A stretch of 64,000 bases of DNA from Opitutales bacterium (GCA_965226885.1 CBDDEL010000012.1:224001-288000); one strand, 5' to 3'. Counted from the stretch's first letter, positions 21,917-31,840 are shown. Notes: generated from the letters alone by a model not told the origin. Program-made: numbers and translations.

Positions 21917-22846
21917 TTAAGAGATCATACCCCATCGTTTTTTCAAGATATAGCTGACAAGCCGAATGGACTCCCGCGACCAAGGCTTACTCAACCATGC
22001 TCTCCAAGCGTGTTTCCATGCGGTTTGAATCCGATTTTCTTCGAGCGCCCAACAGCTCCAACGCCGACGCTGAAAAGAGCGGGAATATCTTGCTGACCGT
22101 GACGCTACAGGGATATCAATATTCGGGACGCCCATTTTTTTGCGTGCTTCAAGGACAAGGGTTTTCTGTAAATTATCCATGCGGGTGCCTTTTCGAGTTG
22201 TGATGTTAGCGAGGTGCTGGCGATAGTAGATTAGAGTCTGATCGATATTAGCAAGTTTGCCACAATCCAGAAGCCTGAGGTAAAGATCCAAATCCTCGAT
22301 CAATTCATATTCCTTCCGGTAACCACGCACTTTATCGATAGCTGATTTTCTAAACATCGCCACGGGATGCACAATCGCACCTCCATCAGCCTGCAATAAT
22401 TGTTCCATAATATCTTCGTGATGCAACGGCCTGCGATAAAGTTTGAGAATATCTCCATCGGGATCGATCACCAACGCATGGCCGCCAACAATCACGTAAT
22501 CGTGATTAGAGTTCATGTACTCGACCTGGGCTTCGAGTCGATCAGGCAAGGAAACATCATCCGCATCCATGCGCGCAATATATTCACCGCAAGCTATTTC
22601 CAGACCATCGTTAAGCGCACCGACTATGCCGGTGTTTTCACGGCTGATGACTTTGATGCGGCTATCTGACATTTCAAAGTTGCGGATTATTTTCAGCGAA
22701 TGGTCGGTAGAGCCGTCGTTAACTATGATGAACTCAAAATTCTCAAACGTCTGTTTCAGTATGCTCTCAATAGCTTCGCTCAGATAACGTTCGGCGTTGT
22801 AAACCGGCATGAGGACGCTGACCTTAGGGTGATTTTTCGAAGTCAT
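21917..22846 (-). CDS. GT2 glycosyltransferase
   Basis: VSVLMPVYN, VNDGSTD, ARMDADD, IEDLDL. Confidence 0.93.
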   Translation of the reverse strand: MTSKNHPKVSVLMPVYNAERYLSEAIESILKQTFENFEFIIVNDGSTDHSLKIIRNFEMSDSRIKVISRENTGIVGALNDGLEIACGEYIARMDADDVSLPDRLEAQVEYMNSNHDYVIVGGHALVIDPDGDILKLYRRPLHHEDIMEQLLQADGGAIVHPVAMFRKSAIDKVRGYRKEYELIEDLDLYLRLLDCGKLANIDQTLIYYRQHLANITTRKGTRMDNLQKTLVLEARKKMGVPNIDIPVASRSARYSRSFQRRRWSCWALEENRIQTAWKHAWRAWLSKPWSRESIRLVSYILKKRWGMIS

Positions 22847-24150
22847 AACATCCTTGCGCTTACGGCACTATTGAACAGTTGACAAACTGGCTCGTAGCAC
22901 CGATCCCGGGAAAGATGCTTCTGGACACTCTCGCGGCTTTTTTTCTCAAGGTCCAAACGGAGTTTGTTATCATGCAGCAAGCGATTTACGTTTTGAGCAA
23001 ACTCTGTGGCATTGTCCGACAAAAGGAGGTCGTCCTTGAAAAAAGGCAAGCCATGCAACCCAATGGATGTGGTCACACATGCCTTGCCGTAGGAAAACGC
23101 CTCGACAAGCTTAGTTTTGACACCGCTGCCTTCAAGGAGCGGGAGAACGACAACCTCTGCTTCGGCATAATGCCCCTCCAGAGAATCCACAACGCCACTA
23201 AAGGTAACGCCGGGCACACTTTCCTTATCGGAAAAGCCCTGACAAACCGCGCCGCAAACGTGAAGCGAAGCATGGGGTTGAGCTTGCAAGATAGCGGGCC
23301 ATACCGATTGCAGGAACCAGGTAAGCCCGTCTACATTGAAATGGGCCAGACTGCCGATAAAGAGACATCGTCCCGCAACCGTACGGGAGGCCACACTGTT
23401 GGGGGTAAACGCTTTGGTCACAACCGTCACATCCATTCCGGCAGGCATACCACGAAAGATCCGGGCATCGGGTTCGCTAATAGCAAGAACTGCATCGGCC
23501 CCCAACAACCACTCTTCCTCACGGGTCCGTGGAAAATCCGGTTTCTCTTTTTCCGCAAGCCGGCCATCGGTAAGATAAAGCATCTGGTGTTGAACATCAT
23601 GAGCCAAAACCGCACGAAAGACAGGAAGCGCCGCATTGGTCCGGTTGACGGCTTCATTCATCCAACAGTAATTAGCCAGAACGATATCGGGCTGATGGCG
23701 ACGAAGGGATTTACCGACAAAGGCAACTTCATCCTCAGTGGGCGCTTCCCGCCAAACCGGAATGGGTTGACTGGAAACTGGTTGTGCAGATTCCTTTTTA
23801 TTCCTGAGTTTCTGCACCTGCGAGAACAAGCCCAAGGCTTTGAGGAGCTTTTTCAGAGCATAAAGTATACGGGCTTTAAGCGGCAACAATCGGATGAGCG
23901 GGAAAACCTTGAAACGGCCAAAAGACAGTTCGCCGATGATGGAAAGCTCGAAGTCTCGCGGCAACCCGTCAGGCATACGGTACCATGCGTTTATTTTGAT
24001 AAAGTCTACCTGACCAACCCAACAGATGTTAACAGAATAACCTTTCTCAGCAAGATACTGAAGGATATCTACAAGGTATGATGCCGAACCACTCTCACCC
24101 GGGATTGGCGAGTTGCGCGTTACGACCATTATTTTGGGATTGCGAGGCAC
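22843..24150 (-). CDS. GT4 glycosyltransferase
   Basis: LFIGSLAHFNVDGL.WF, LPLLEGSGVKTKLVEAF; start placed at GTG just after upstream stop. Confidence 0.88.
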   Translation of the reverse strand: MPRNPKIMVVTRNSPIPGESGSASYLVDILQYLAEKGYSVNICWVGQVDFIKINAWYRMPDGLPRDFELSIIGELSFGRFKVFPLIRLLPLKARILYALKKLLKALGLFSQVQKLRNKKESAQPVSSQPIPVWREAPTEDEVAFVGKSLRRHQPDIVLANYCWMNEAVNRTNAALPVFRAVLAHDVQHQMLYLTDGRLAEKEKPDFPRTREEEWLLGADAVLAISEPDARIFRGMPAGMDVTVVTKAFTPNSVASRTVAGRCLFIGSLAHFNVDGLTWFLQSVWPAILQAQPHASLHVCGAVCQGFSDKESVPGVTFSGVVDSLEGHYAEAEVVVLPLLEGSGVKTKLVEAFSYGKACVTTSIGLHGLPFFKDDLLLSDNATEFAQNVNRLLHDNKLRLDLEKKSRESVQKHLSRDRCYEPVCQLFNSAVSARML

Positions 24151-24157
24151 TCGAAAA

Positions 24158-24943
24158 TCAAGCCTTCGGTTTTTGCAAGACCAAGCATTGGGATAGTGCG
24201 GGATAGTGACCGATAAGGTATTTATCGAGGTTGCAAAGAATTCGCTCAGGATCAAAACCGTCATAACCAAATAGCTCATTCAACTCGCCTCCGGCAAACT
24301 CAAATGGCATCAACTCAACGATCCAGCGAACATTTCTGTTCCCTCCGTATTCATTTTCCTGGCGCCCGGTAAAAGGAGCCACATTAAGAAATAGATCAAT
24401 AGTCATGAGAAAAAGGCCCCCCGGCTTCAGGCACCTGTAAGCGTGATTCATGATATTCTGAATCTCCCGGTCATCAAGATGCTCAATGACGCTGATGGAA
24501 AAAATTCGGTCATAAGTGTCATCTTCCAAAGCAGCCTCCGAAACCGTGGTGTTTCTCAATTGAACATCAGTTCCAAATCGTTTGTTCAGTATTTTCATGG
24601 ATTCGGAATTACAGGGCCAGTCGAGTTCTTCCATGCCGGGATCGACATTCACGACCCGGCAGTTCATTGAACCGAGCACAAACTGAAAACCGCTCAAGCC
24701 ACCTCCGATTTCGAGAACCCTCATGCCCGGTTCCAGCCCGGCCGCATGAAAAGCCCACGGATACTCGAAAGCGCGAATGGAGTTGTTTCCCTGAAAGGCG
24801 AATGGACCCCGCATGCGTTCCCACAGAGAATCGGGGATCAATGCCCTGAAGAGACTCCAACGGTACCGTGTGTAGCCATAAGGGGCGCCATGGACCAGAT
24901 TCCAGTGACGATAATTATCGGGCAGGATTTTAGTGGCCAGCAT
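24158..24943 (-). CDS. Class I SAM-dependent methyltransferase
   Basis: RAFEYPW, VLEIGGG, FSISVIEH, LKPGG. Confidence 0.88.
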   Translation of the reverse strand: MLATKILPDNYRHWNLVHGAPYGYTRYRWSLFRALIPDSLWERMRGPFAFQGNNSIRAFEYPWAFHAAGLEPGMRVLEIGGGLSGFQFVLGSMNCRVVNVDPGMEELDWPCNSESMKILNKRFGTDVQLRNTTVSEAALEDDTYDRIFSISVIEHLDDREIQNIMNHAYRCLKPGGLFLMTIDLFLNVAPFTGRQENEYGGNRNVRWIVELMPFEFAGGELNELFGYDGFDPERILCNLDKYLIGHYPALSQCLVLQKPKA

Positions 24944-24957
24944 GATTTTATAAGAAC

Positions 24958-26247
24958 CTATTGTTGCAAATTCCAGGCAGTGACCGGAGCGATGATTCCA
25001 GGACGACCCTCCACCCAATATGGCGAATCACTCAAGCCACCCTTAATTTCAAGACGTATGGAAGGACTATTGACGCCAGGCTCACAGAACCATTGCCGAT
25101 GATAAAGCCCAAGAAACAGATCGAGGCGATACTCGCCCTCGTTGAGGAAGCGTACGGGAATCCGGCTACGCAGGACACATTTTCCAGATGCCAGTTCCTG
25201 CCATTGAGATTCAGGGAGGTCGCGGTTGGTGCTCCAATACAACATGGGGCCACTGACATGAAAGAGACCGTAACCTACCTGGATACCCGGACCGGGTTTG
25301 AGAACGGTACCTTCTACCGATACCCATATGGAGGAGTCGTTACGCACCGGCAAGTCAAGGGGCCTCCCGGATTCGTCACTGAGGTAAAAGCGCTCCGGCA
25401 TGAAGCGGTCATTTTCCCATTCGCCACCGTTATTGACCCATTCGACCGATAATGTGTTTACCGTGGTCTCCTGAAGATAACTACGGATCAAACCACCAAC
25501 ATCGCTACCGAAACCCTTTACACGGCCAGATTCGAGGTAAAGACAATGATCGCAAATGTTCTCCACAGCGTTCATGTTATGGCTGACAAAAAGCACGGTG
25601 CGGCCCTGATTTCCAGATAGGTCGTTCATTTTTCCGAGACACTTTTTCTGAAAAGAAGCATCGCCCACGGAGAGCACTTCGTCGATGATCAAAATCTCGG
25701 GGTCAAGGTGGGCGGCGACGGCAAATGCCAAGCGCACGAACATGCCGCTGGAATATCGTTTGACCGGGGTGTCGATGAATTGTTCGATTTCTGAAAAGGC
25801 AATAATTTCATCGTATTTCTCCTGCACCTCGCGCTTGGTCATGCCCAGAATAGCTCCATTGAGAAATACATTCTCGCGACCGGTAAGATCGGGATGGAAG
25901 CCAGTTCCGACTTCGAGCAAGGAGGCAACGCGACCTCTAAGCTTTATGGTACCACTTGTCGGTTCTGTGATGCGACTCATGATCTTGAGGATGGTGGATT
26001 TGCCGGCCCCGTTTTTACCGACAATTCCGAGAACATCGCCCTCATTGAGGGAGAAAGAAACATCCTCCAGCGCCCAAAAGAGATCATTGGAAGCATGCTG
26101 CAGGCCAGTGCCGGAATGATCATGGTGGGTACGGTTTCTAATCCGAGCCCAAAAACGCTGCATCTCGTCTTTAAGCTTAGTGGCGCCAATCTGACCAAGG
26201 CGGTAAGACTTGGAGATATTTTCGCCTTCGATTATGGGCTGCTGCAT
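24958..26247 (-). CDS. wzt: Polysaccharide ABC exporter ATP-binding subunit with C-terminal Wzt domain
   Basis: GKNGAGKST, LLEVGTGFHPDLTGREN, YSSGM, IIDEVLSVGD. Confidence 0.93.
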   Translation of the reverse strand: MQQPIIEGENISKSYRLGQIGATKLKDEMQRFWARIRNRTHHDHSGTGLQHASNDLFWALEDVSFSLNEGDVLGIVGKNGAGKSTILKIMSRITEPTSGTIKLRGRVASLLEVGTGFHPDLTGRENVFLNGAILGMTKREVQEKYDEIIAFSEIEQFIDTPVKRYSSGMFVRLAFAVAAHLDPEILIIDEVLSVGDASFQKKCLGKMNDLSGNQGRTVLFVSHNMNAVENICDHCLYLESGRVKGFGSDVGGLIRSYLQETTVNTLSVEWVNNGGEWENDRFMPERFYLSDESGRPLDLPVRNDSSIWVSVEGTVLKPGPGIQVGYGLFHVSGPMLYWSTNRDLPESQWQELASGKCVLRSRIPVRFLNEGEYRLDLFLGLYHRQWFCEPGVNSPSIRLEIKGGLSDSPYWVEGRPGIIAPVTAWNLQQ

Positions 26248-26255
26248 GACAATGT

Positions 26256-27104
26256 CTAAACGGTATCCACAAAGTTACGCTGCACCTTGTTGAATATGAG
26301 TATGCCGGAAACCAGCAACAAAAGAGTAATTGAAAGCGATGTGAAGAATACGGCAGGGGTGAGCGTGCCTTTTCCAAGTAAGATGAGGCGGAATGATTCC
26401 ACGATACTGGTCATGGGATTCAGAGCTATAATCCATTGATATTGCTGGGGAATTTTTGAAACCGGATAGATCACGGGGGTGGCGTAAAGCCAAAGCTGTG
26501 TCAGGAACTGCTGGGTGTGTATTAAATCCCTGTATTTGGCCGTCAGGGACGCCACCCACAGGCCCACGCCCAAAGCAAGTAGAATTACCTGAAGCAGAAC
26601 GAAGGGAAGTAGAATGATATACCGGGACAGGGCAAAAGAATCGCCAGCCGGTGTGAATACTTTGAAGTAAAAAAATATAACAATGAAACACAGCAATTGC
26701 ATCCCGAATACGATGAGATTGGAGAAGACCGCGGCCAGCGGGATTATCAACCGAGGGAAGTATACTTTTCCCAATATGTGGATGTTGTGAACGAAGGTAT
26801 TCGATACGCCGGAAAACGTCTGGCTAAAATAATTCCAGCCGAGAAGTCCGCAAAAGTAAAAGAGCGTGGGGGGCAGACCATCGGTGGGAATGTGGGCCAC
26901 CCGGCTGAATATGATGGTGAACACCATAGTCATGGCAAGCGGTTGAAAGATAAACCATAACGGCCCCAGAATAGTCTGTTTGAAGCGAGAAACGAAATCG
27001 CGGCGCACAATGAGGAAGAGAAGATCGCGATATTGCCAGATTTCCCGCCAATCAATGCGTAGCCAGTTACTGTTAGGCTTTATTATCGTTTCAATATTGC
27101 TCAT
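26256..27104 (-). CDS. wzm: Polysaccharide ABC exporter permease
   Basis: YRDLL...RRD...KQTILGPLW, KVYFPRL, YATPVIYP, LNPMT. Confidence 0.93.
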   Translation of the reverse strand: MSNIETIIKPNSNWLRIDWREIWQYRDLLFLIVRRDFVSRFKQTILGPLWFIFQPLAMTMVFTIIFSRVAHIPTDGLPPTLFYFCGLLGWNYFSQTFSGVSNTFVHNIHILGKVYFPRLIIPLAAVFSNLIVFGMQLLCFIVIFFYFKVFTPAGDSFALSRYIILLPFVLLQVILLALGVGLWVASLTAKYRDLIHTQQFLTQLWLYATPVIYPVSKIPQQYQWIIALNPMTSIVESFRLILLGKGTLTPAVFFTSLSITLLLLVSGILIFNKVQRNFVDTV

Positions 27105-27108
27105 ATCC

Positions 27109-27150
27109 GATTACCGGTCAGTTGATAGGGATTACCGGTCAGTTGATAGG
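27109..27150. repeat. 21-bp perfect tandem duplication in wzm leader
   Basis: GATTACCGGTCAGTTGATAGG x2. Confidence 0.95.
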
Positions 27151-27154
27151 CAAG

Positions 27155-27171
27155 CACGCTACCGCCCCTGG
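27155..27171 (-). promoter_or_regulatory. ops element / JUMPstart 3' part
   Basis: Minus strand CCAGGGGCGGTAGCGTG containing ops consensus GGCGGTAGnnTG, 50 nt upstream of wzm, downstream of RfaH-like gene. Confidence 0.85.
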
Positions 27172-27257
27172 TCGCTTGCCTCGGCAGTGGCAAAACCAGT
27201 TTTCTATTTTGCGGTCTGCGGTAGACGCAGCTCCGGCGATTGACTGTTTTGCGGGAC

Positions 27258-27824
27258 TCAGCCCGTTGATTTTCGTAGAAACGACTTGGGTTCGGATTTG
27301 GCCGAAATTACGGCGCTGACCGGCATACCCATGGTGACTTGACGGCCTAAAAATTCGAGCAGCAGGTTGATGCGTTGGCTGGCAGGTATAATACCGCTGA
27401 CAATGGCTTTTATATTCATAAGCGGGCCTTCTGCGATGACCACTTCGCCACCCTCTCTCAAAGATTCCTCCTCCACTTGGCGGCATTCGGCTGGAATCTC
27501 TTTTTTCAACTCTTCAATGAAGTATTGCGGAACGGCTGGAATCTCCTCGCCATAGCGAAGGACCGCGCTAATCCCTCGCATGGCCACCAAATGGCGATAA
27601 TGGGTTTTGATGTCGCAGCAAACAAAGAGATAGCCGGGAAAGAGGGCTTCGGTAAATCTCACGCGGCCTCTGCGGGTTTGCTTTAAATAGGTTATGCGGG
27701 GGCAGAATACTTCGAGCTCGGACTGGGCACGGATGGCTGCGGCGGCAATGTGTTCTCTCTTGCTCTGCGCTTTCAAAGCATACCAGGCGGAAGCCTGCGG
27801 ATTGCTAATGGAGGATTCAACCAT
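27258..27824 (-). CDS. RfaH-like NusG-paralog transcription antiterminator
   Basis: NGN domain WYALKAQSKRE ... EALFPGYLFV; KOW GGEVVIAEGPL; RINLLLEFLGRQ. Confidence 0.88.
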   Translation of the reverse strand: MVESSISNPQASAWYALKAQSKREHIAAAAIRAQSELEVFCPRITYLKQTRRGRVRFTEALFPGYLFVCCDIKTHYRHLVAMRGISAVLRYGEEIPAVPQYFIEELKKEIPAECRQVEEESLREGGEVVIAEGPLMNIKAIVSGIIPASQRINLLLEFLGRQVTMGMPVSAVISAKSEPKSFLRKSTG

Positions 27825-27831
27825 TTGATTT

Positions 27832-28320
27832 CTAAAAGTTTATGAATTTGAGTACCTTGTCGATGAGATTGAGCCCGTTCTTTTGCCAACGCTCGATCTT
27901 CTCTATGCGGTTGCGGTAATGCCCCGCCTTGTCGCCGGGAACGTTTTCCAAAAGCGGCTTGAGCACTTGCAGCCGCTCGGCCGTAGCCTCCAATTGAGGA
28001 GAAACCTCCTCCTTGAAAAACCCCGCCATGAGTTTTCGAAACTCCGATTCGGCGGAGAAAAAATCCTTTCTCTGACCAGGAACATAGACGGCTTTGACAG
28101 CTTTGAAGGCCCGCAGTTGTTTCAAGCCCTGGCTGGCCGTGCCGAGGCTGATTTGCAGTTTGCCCATGATCTGATCCATGGACATGGGCACGGGCACAAT
28201 GAATAAAAGCCCGTAAATTTCGCCAATCGATTTGGGCAAGCCGATCACTTGAGCGGCCCGCACAAAAATGTCGATCACCTCCGCCTCAACTTCCGTCAAG
28301 GATTCCGTCTGGATGTCCAT
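27832..28320 (-). CDS. GbsR/MarR-family transcriptional regulator
   Basis: GLPKSIGEIYGLLF, L.IS.GTASQGLKQL, PGQRKDFFSAE. Confidence 0.88.
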   Translation of the reverse strand: MDIQTESLTEVEAEVIDIFVRAAQVIGLPKSIGEIYGLLFIVPVPMSMDQIMGKLQISLGTASQGLKQLRAFKAVKAVYVPGQRKDFFSAESEFRKLMAGFFKEEVSPQLEATAERLQVLKPLLENVPGDKAGHYRNRIEKIERWQKNGLNLIDKVLKFINF

Positions 28321-28375
28321 AATATTCCTCGGTGAAGGCAAATGGTGGGGATAAAAAGAATAAAAGCAAGCTTAT

Positions 28376-28393
28376 TTTCATTTATAATTGAAA
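28376..28393. promoter_or_regulatory. Candidate GbsR-type operator (18-bp palindrome)
   Basis: TTTCATTTATAATTGAAA, one mismatched pair, in AT-rich divergent promoter region upstream of regulator. Confidence 0.5.
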
Positions 28394-28684
28394 TTTTTGA
28401 TGATATTGTAATTTATGAAATTAAGTAATTGCTCAAAATTAACCGCCGATAATGCAGATGGCCGGACATGATTCAAAATTAGATATCGAGGCCTTCTTTT
28501 TCATCCATGCAACTCGTTGTTTTATGAAATTTTGTGAGAAGTATCGGATTTTGGTCTTTTTCATTAATTTCCAGCCGGGAGTTTGCGTTGCAATTTATGC
28601 ACTTTTCAGCAAATTTATGCTCAGGAAAAACTTGGGGGATTACGTTTACCTTGAAAATAAATAATCTTTGAGGATCTATCTGTT

Positions 28685-30217
28685 ATGATTAATAGTCGGA
28701 CCAGAGGACTGATTACTTTGCAAACATTCAGTCTTCTCGTGATCATGCCGACATGGTTCTTACTCCTGACCTGGTTGGCGGAGAGGTTCGGTTTGGAGAT
28801 TTTGCTGCACCAGATAAATTTTCCTTTTTACCTGATGGGAATTGCCGGCGCCTGCCTGTTGTTTCTTAACTATGAGAGTCCCACGCCGCCCCACGGGCCG
28901 GGAAGTTTTCTTTTTGTCGCCGCGGTGAGGAAGGCCAATGCAGGAATACTGATTTTGGCCCTCGTCCTTTTCGGCATTGTATATGCGACCAAAGACAAGG
29001 CCATCAGCCGCATCTTTCTGGGCCTTTACATTTCATCCAGCTGGCTATTGCTGTTGGCCCTCTACCGGTATCTGCCGGTGGTTTTTTCAAATCTGTTATT
29101 TCGCGGTAAAAACACCATTAATACCATCCTGGCAGGCAATCCCCAAAGGGCGGAAAACCTTCAGGACTGGATCCTGAACAACCCTCCCTTGGGTATGAAT
29201 GTGCTGGGGCTGGTCAGTTACGGAGAGGTTGAAGATGAGAATTTGAACCTGCCCATCCTCGGTCACATATCGGAGTTTGAGCAGTTGCTTGCTCAACATG
29301 AGGTTCACCAGGTCATTCTTCTCGAATCGCGGAATTCAAAAGCCTGGGTCAATTACGTCGTCGATACTTGCTATCGGGAAGGGTGCCGGATTCTCATCTT
29401 AAACCAGTGGGAAGATTATTTCGACCAGAAGCTGACCGCCGTGGAGGAGGGGCAACATACTTTTTTTACCCTTCAGGATGAACCGCTGGAGAATCCCGTC
29501 AATCGATTGTTGAAACGATTGTTGGACTGGCTGGTGGCTCTGCCCGTGGTTTTGCTGGCGCTGCCTTTTCTCATTTTAATTGTGAAATATTATCAGATTC
29601 GGGAGGCCCCCGGACCGCTTTTTTACCGGCAAAAACGAACGGGGTTCAAGGGGCAGACTTTTTCAATTTTCAAATTTCGCAGCATGTACTGTCAGCCAGA
29701 GAATTCGGATCAGCCCAATGAGGAGACCCGGCAGGCGAGTGAGGGAGACGCCCGCATCTTCTCCTTCGGCCAATTTATGCGGAAAACCAGCCTGGATGAG
29801 TTTCCCCAGTTTATCAATGTGCTCCAGGGGAATATGAGCGTGGTGGGCCCGCGCCCCCACATGACGGAACACGACGAGCAGTTCAAGCGTCTGGTGGAAA
29901 TTTACCGCACCCGGCATTTTGTCAAACCCGGCATTACCGGCCTGGCCGGCCTGGCCCAGACTTTTGGATATCGGGGAGAAATCACCAGCATAGACCTGAT
30001 CGAGGAAAGAATCAGGCTGGACATGCAATATATCAACAATTGGTCCATCTGGCTGGATATCGGGCTTATTTTCAAAACATTTGTGCAGGTATTATTCCCC
30101 CCCGGAGTGCCTATTGAAGCCTTTTATTGCGGTGATTTTACCCCGAATGCGCCACTAAAGCGGGAGGACTCTTTTTCCCATAGCGGCAGAGGAGCGGGAG
30201 GAGCCGTAAGGCATTGA
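28685..30217 (+). CDS. WcaJ-like polyprenyl glycosylphosphotransferase (initiating sugar transferase), altered C-terminus
   Basis: KRLLD, FKFRSM, TSLDEFPQF.NVL.G.MSVVGPRP, KPGITG; in-frame 9-bp duplication and C7 run probably lacking one C (natural stop at 30117). Confidence 0.9.
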   Translation: MINSRTRGLITLQTFSLLVIMPTWFLLLTWLAERFGLEILLHQINFPFYLMGIAGACLLFLNYESPTPPHGPGSFLFVAAVRKANAGILILALVLFGIVYATKDKAISRIFLGLYISSSWLLLLALYRYLPVVFSNLLFRGKNTINTILAGNPQRAENLQDWILNNPPLGMNVLGLVSYGEVEDENLNLPILGHISEFEQLLAQHEVHQVILLESRNSKAWVNYVVDTCYREGCRILILNQWEDYFDQKLTAVEEGQHTFFTLQDEPLENPVNRLLKRLLDWLVALPVVLLALPFLILIVKYYQIREAPGPLFYRQKRTGFKGQTFSIFKFRSMYCQPENSDQPNEETRQASEGDARIFSFGQFMRKTSLDEFPQFINVLQGNMSVVGPRPHMTEHDEQFKRLVEIYRTRHFVKPGITGLAGLAQTFGYRGEITSIDLIEERIRLDMQYINNWSIWLDIGLIFKTFVQVLFPPGVPIEAFYCGDFTPNAPLKREDSFSHSGRGAGGAVRH

Positions 30218-30954
30218 AGTATCGAGGGATAAAGCTGGCGGGCGTTTTTAAGCAGCGCAGCAACCAGCCAAGGTAAAAACGATCGGCCCAGGGGGGAATC
30301 CTGGCTTGCCGGCCACTGAGGAATGCGATGGCCGCCCCGGTGCAAATAATAGCCGGCCGATAGGGAAGAGATCGCCGCAAATAATAACCCAGGATTTCCT
30401 GCACCCCGCCGCCCAGGTTGACAATGCACCCCGCCGCCCAGGTTGACAATGATATAGCGGGGCCTTCTCTCCAAAAGCAGGGCCACAAGGGCATCGTCCT
30501 CGATCTCACCGGGATCATAATAAGGCGCCGTATAACATTCGGAAGGGCTGACACTAATGCCGTTTTCTTGCAACCAGGCACAATAAGCTTCTCCCTCATC
30601 CTCGCTGGGCATAATCCAAAACCGGTTTTCTTCCGCGCGAAAGGCTTCGTCATGCAAAATCAGATGGGCTAAAAACTTGAGACCCGAAAGGCGCTTCAGG
30701 GAGCCTCTTTTGAAGAGCTTCCAAAGAAGCGTCATGAAACCACTGTCGGGCAAAGCGATATCGCAGTTTTCCACTGCCTCCTGATAAAGCCGGTCTTGCC
30801 CCAGAGTCGCCAGGCCCGGACCGGAAGGCGCCAGAATGAGGCCGCCATCAGCCGCGCGGGCGGCAACCTCCTCCACAGCACCCGAAAAAAAACGGATGCC
30901 GAGTATGGTTGTAAATTGATTCATCTCCTCCTGAGTGGTTTCCATTCCAGGCAA
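30138..30954 (-). pseudogene. WecB/TagA/CpsF glycosyltransferase frameshifted by 25-bp tandem duplication
   Basis: GCACCCCGCCGCCCAGGTTGACAAT x2 at 30401-30450; removal gives IIVNLGGGVQEILG ... GAAIAFLSG ... LGWLLR. Confidence 0.9.
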
Positions 30955-31045
30955 CTCAAATATGAAATGTACGACGGGAATTTTCCAATCGTTAAATGAA
31001 ACTTCCGGCGAAAAGGCAAAACCGGATTGGGCTCGGCCAGAGGCG

Positions 31046-31840
31046 CTAAAGAAAAATACGGCCTTTGGCGTAGAGCCTTGCTTGACCGATTAAATCGACT
31101 CTCTCACCGCGGTGGATGCATCGCAAATAACCTCTACGCGAGGATATCTGGATGGCCTCGAGCTGCTTTTTCCCGAGGATGTCCGACCAATAGGGGGTCA
31201 ACAGGCTGTGGGCGGAGCCGGTCACCGGGTCCTCCAGTATTCCGGCCTTGGGGGCAAAAAAACGGGAAACAAAGTCGCAATCCGGGCCGTCGCCCCGGGC
31301 CGTCACGATGATGCCGAAAGCATCCAGCCGGAGCAGGGCGTCCAGGTTGGGCACGAGGGCGGCCACTTTTTTTGCTTCCGGAAAAACGACCATCAAGTAG
31401 AGCCCCTCGAAACAACCCACGGTATCTCTTCCCAACCAATCGGCCAGGGGTTCGGGCAGGTCCACCGGCTTGACCATCAATGCCGGGAAATCCATCCGCA
31501 GGCATTCGCCGTCGCCGTCGCCATCCTTGTAAACCACCAATCGGCCGCTGCGGGTGTTAAACTCGACCTTCTCCATTGACGGGTTTTCCATGAATAGGAC
31601 GTAAGCCGCCGCCAGGGTGGCATGACCGCATAAATCGACCTCCACTTTGGGGGTGAACCAACGCAGGTGAAAGATTCCGTTTTGAGGGACGAAAAAGGCA
31701 GTTTCGGAAAGATTACTTTCGGCCGCAATCGATTGCAGGGTTTCGTCGTCCAACCAGGAATCTAGCGGGCAGACAGCGGCAGGGTTGCCACCGAAGAGTT
31801 TTTTTGTAAACACGTCAATCTGGTATAAAGGTATTTCCAT
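31046..31840 (-). CDS. PhzF-family isomerase
   Basis: IDVFT...GGNPAAV, NLSETAF, EVDLCGHATLA, EDPVTGSAH. Confidence 0.95.
   Translation of the reverse strand: MEIPLYQIDVFTKKLFGGNPAAVCPLDSWLDDETLQSIAAESNLSETAFFVPQNGIFHLRWFTPKVEVDLCGHATLAAAYVLFMENPSMEKVEFNTRSGRLVVYKDGDGDGECLRMDFPALMVKPVDLPEPLADWLGRDTVGCFEGLYLMVVFPEAKKVAALVPNLDALLRLDAFGIIVTARGDGPDCDFVSRFFAPKAGILEDPVTGSAHSLLTPYWSDILGKKQLEAIQISSRRGYLRCIHRGERVDLIGQARLYAKGRIFL

Noticed and set aside
22879..24081. 400-aa plus-strand ORF and other long antisense ORFs (e.g. 5117-6019, 41525-42364, 58597-59415)
   Set aside because: Shadow frames of well-supported opposite-strand genes with no recognisable motifs.
31508..31525. GCCGTC GCCGTC GCCATC in PhzF as another duplication event
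   Set aside because: In-frame low-complexity DGDGDG loop; cannot be told from natural sequence without orthologs.
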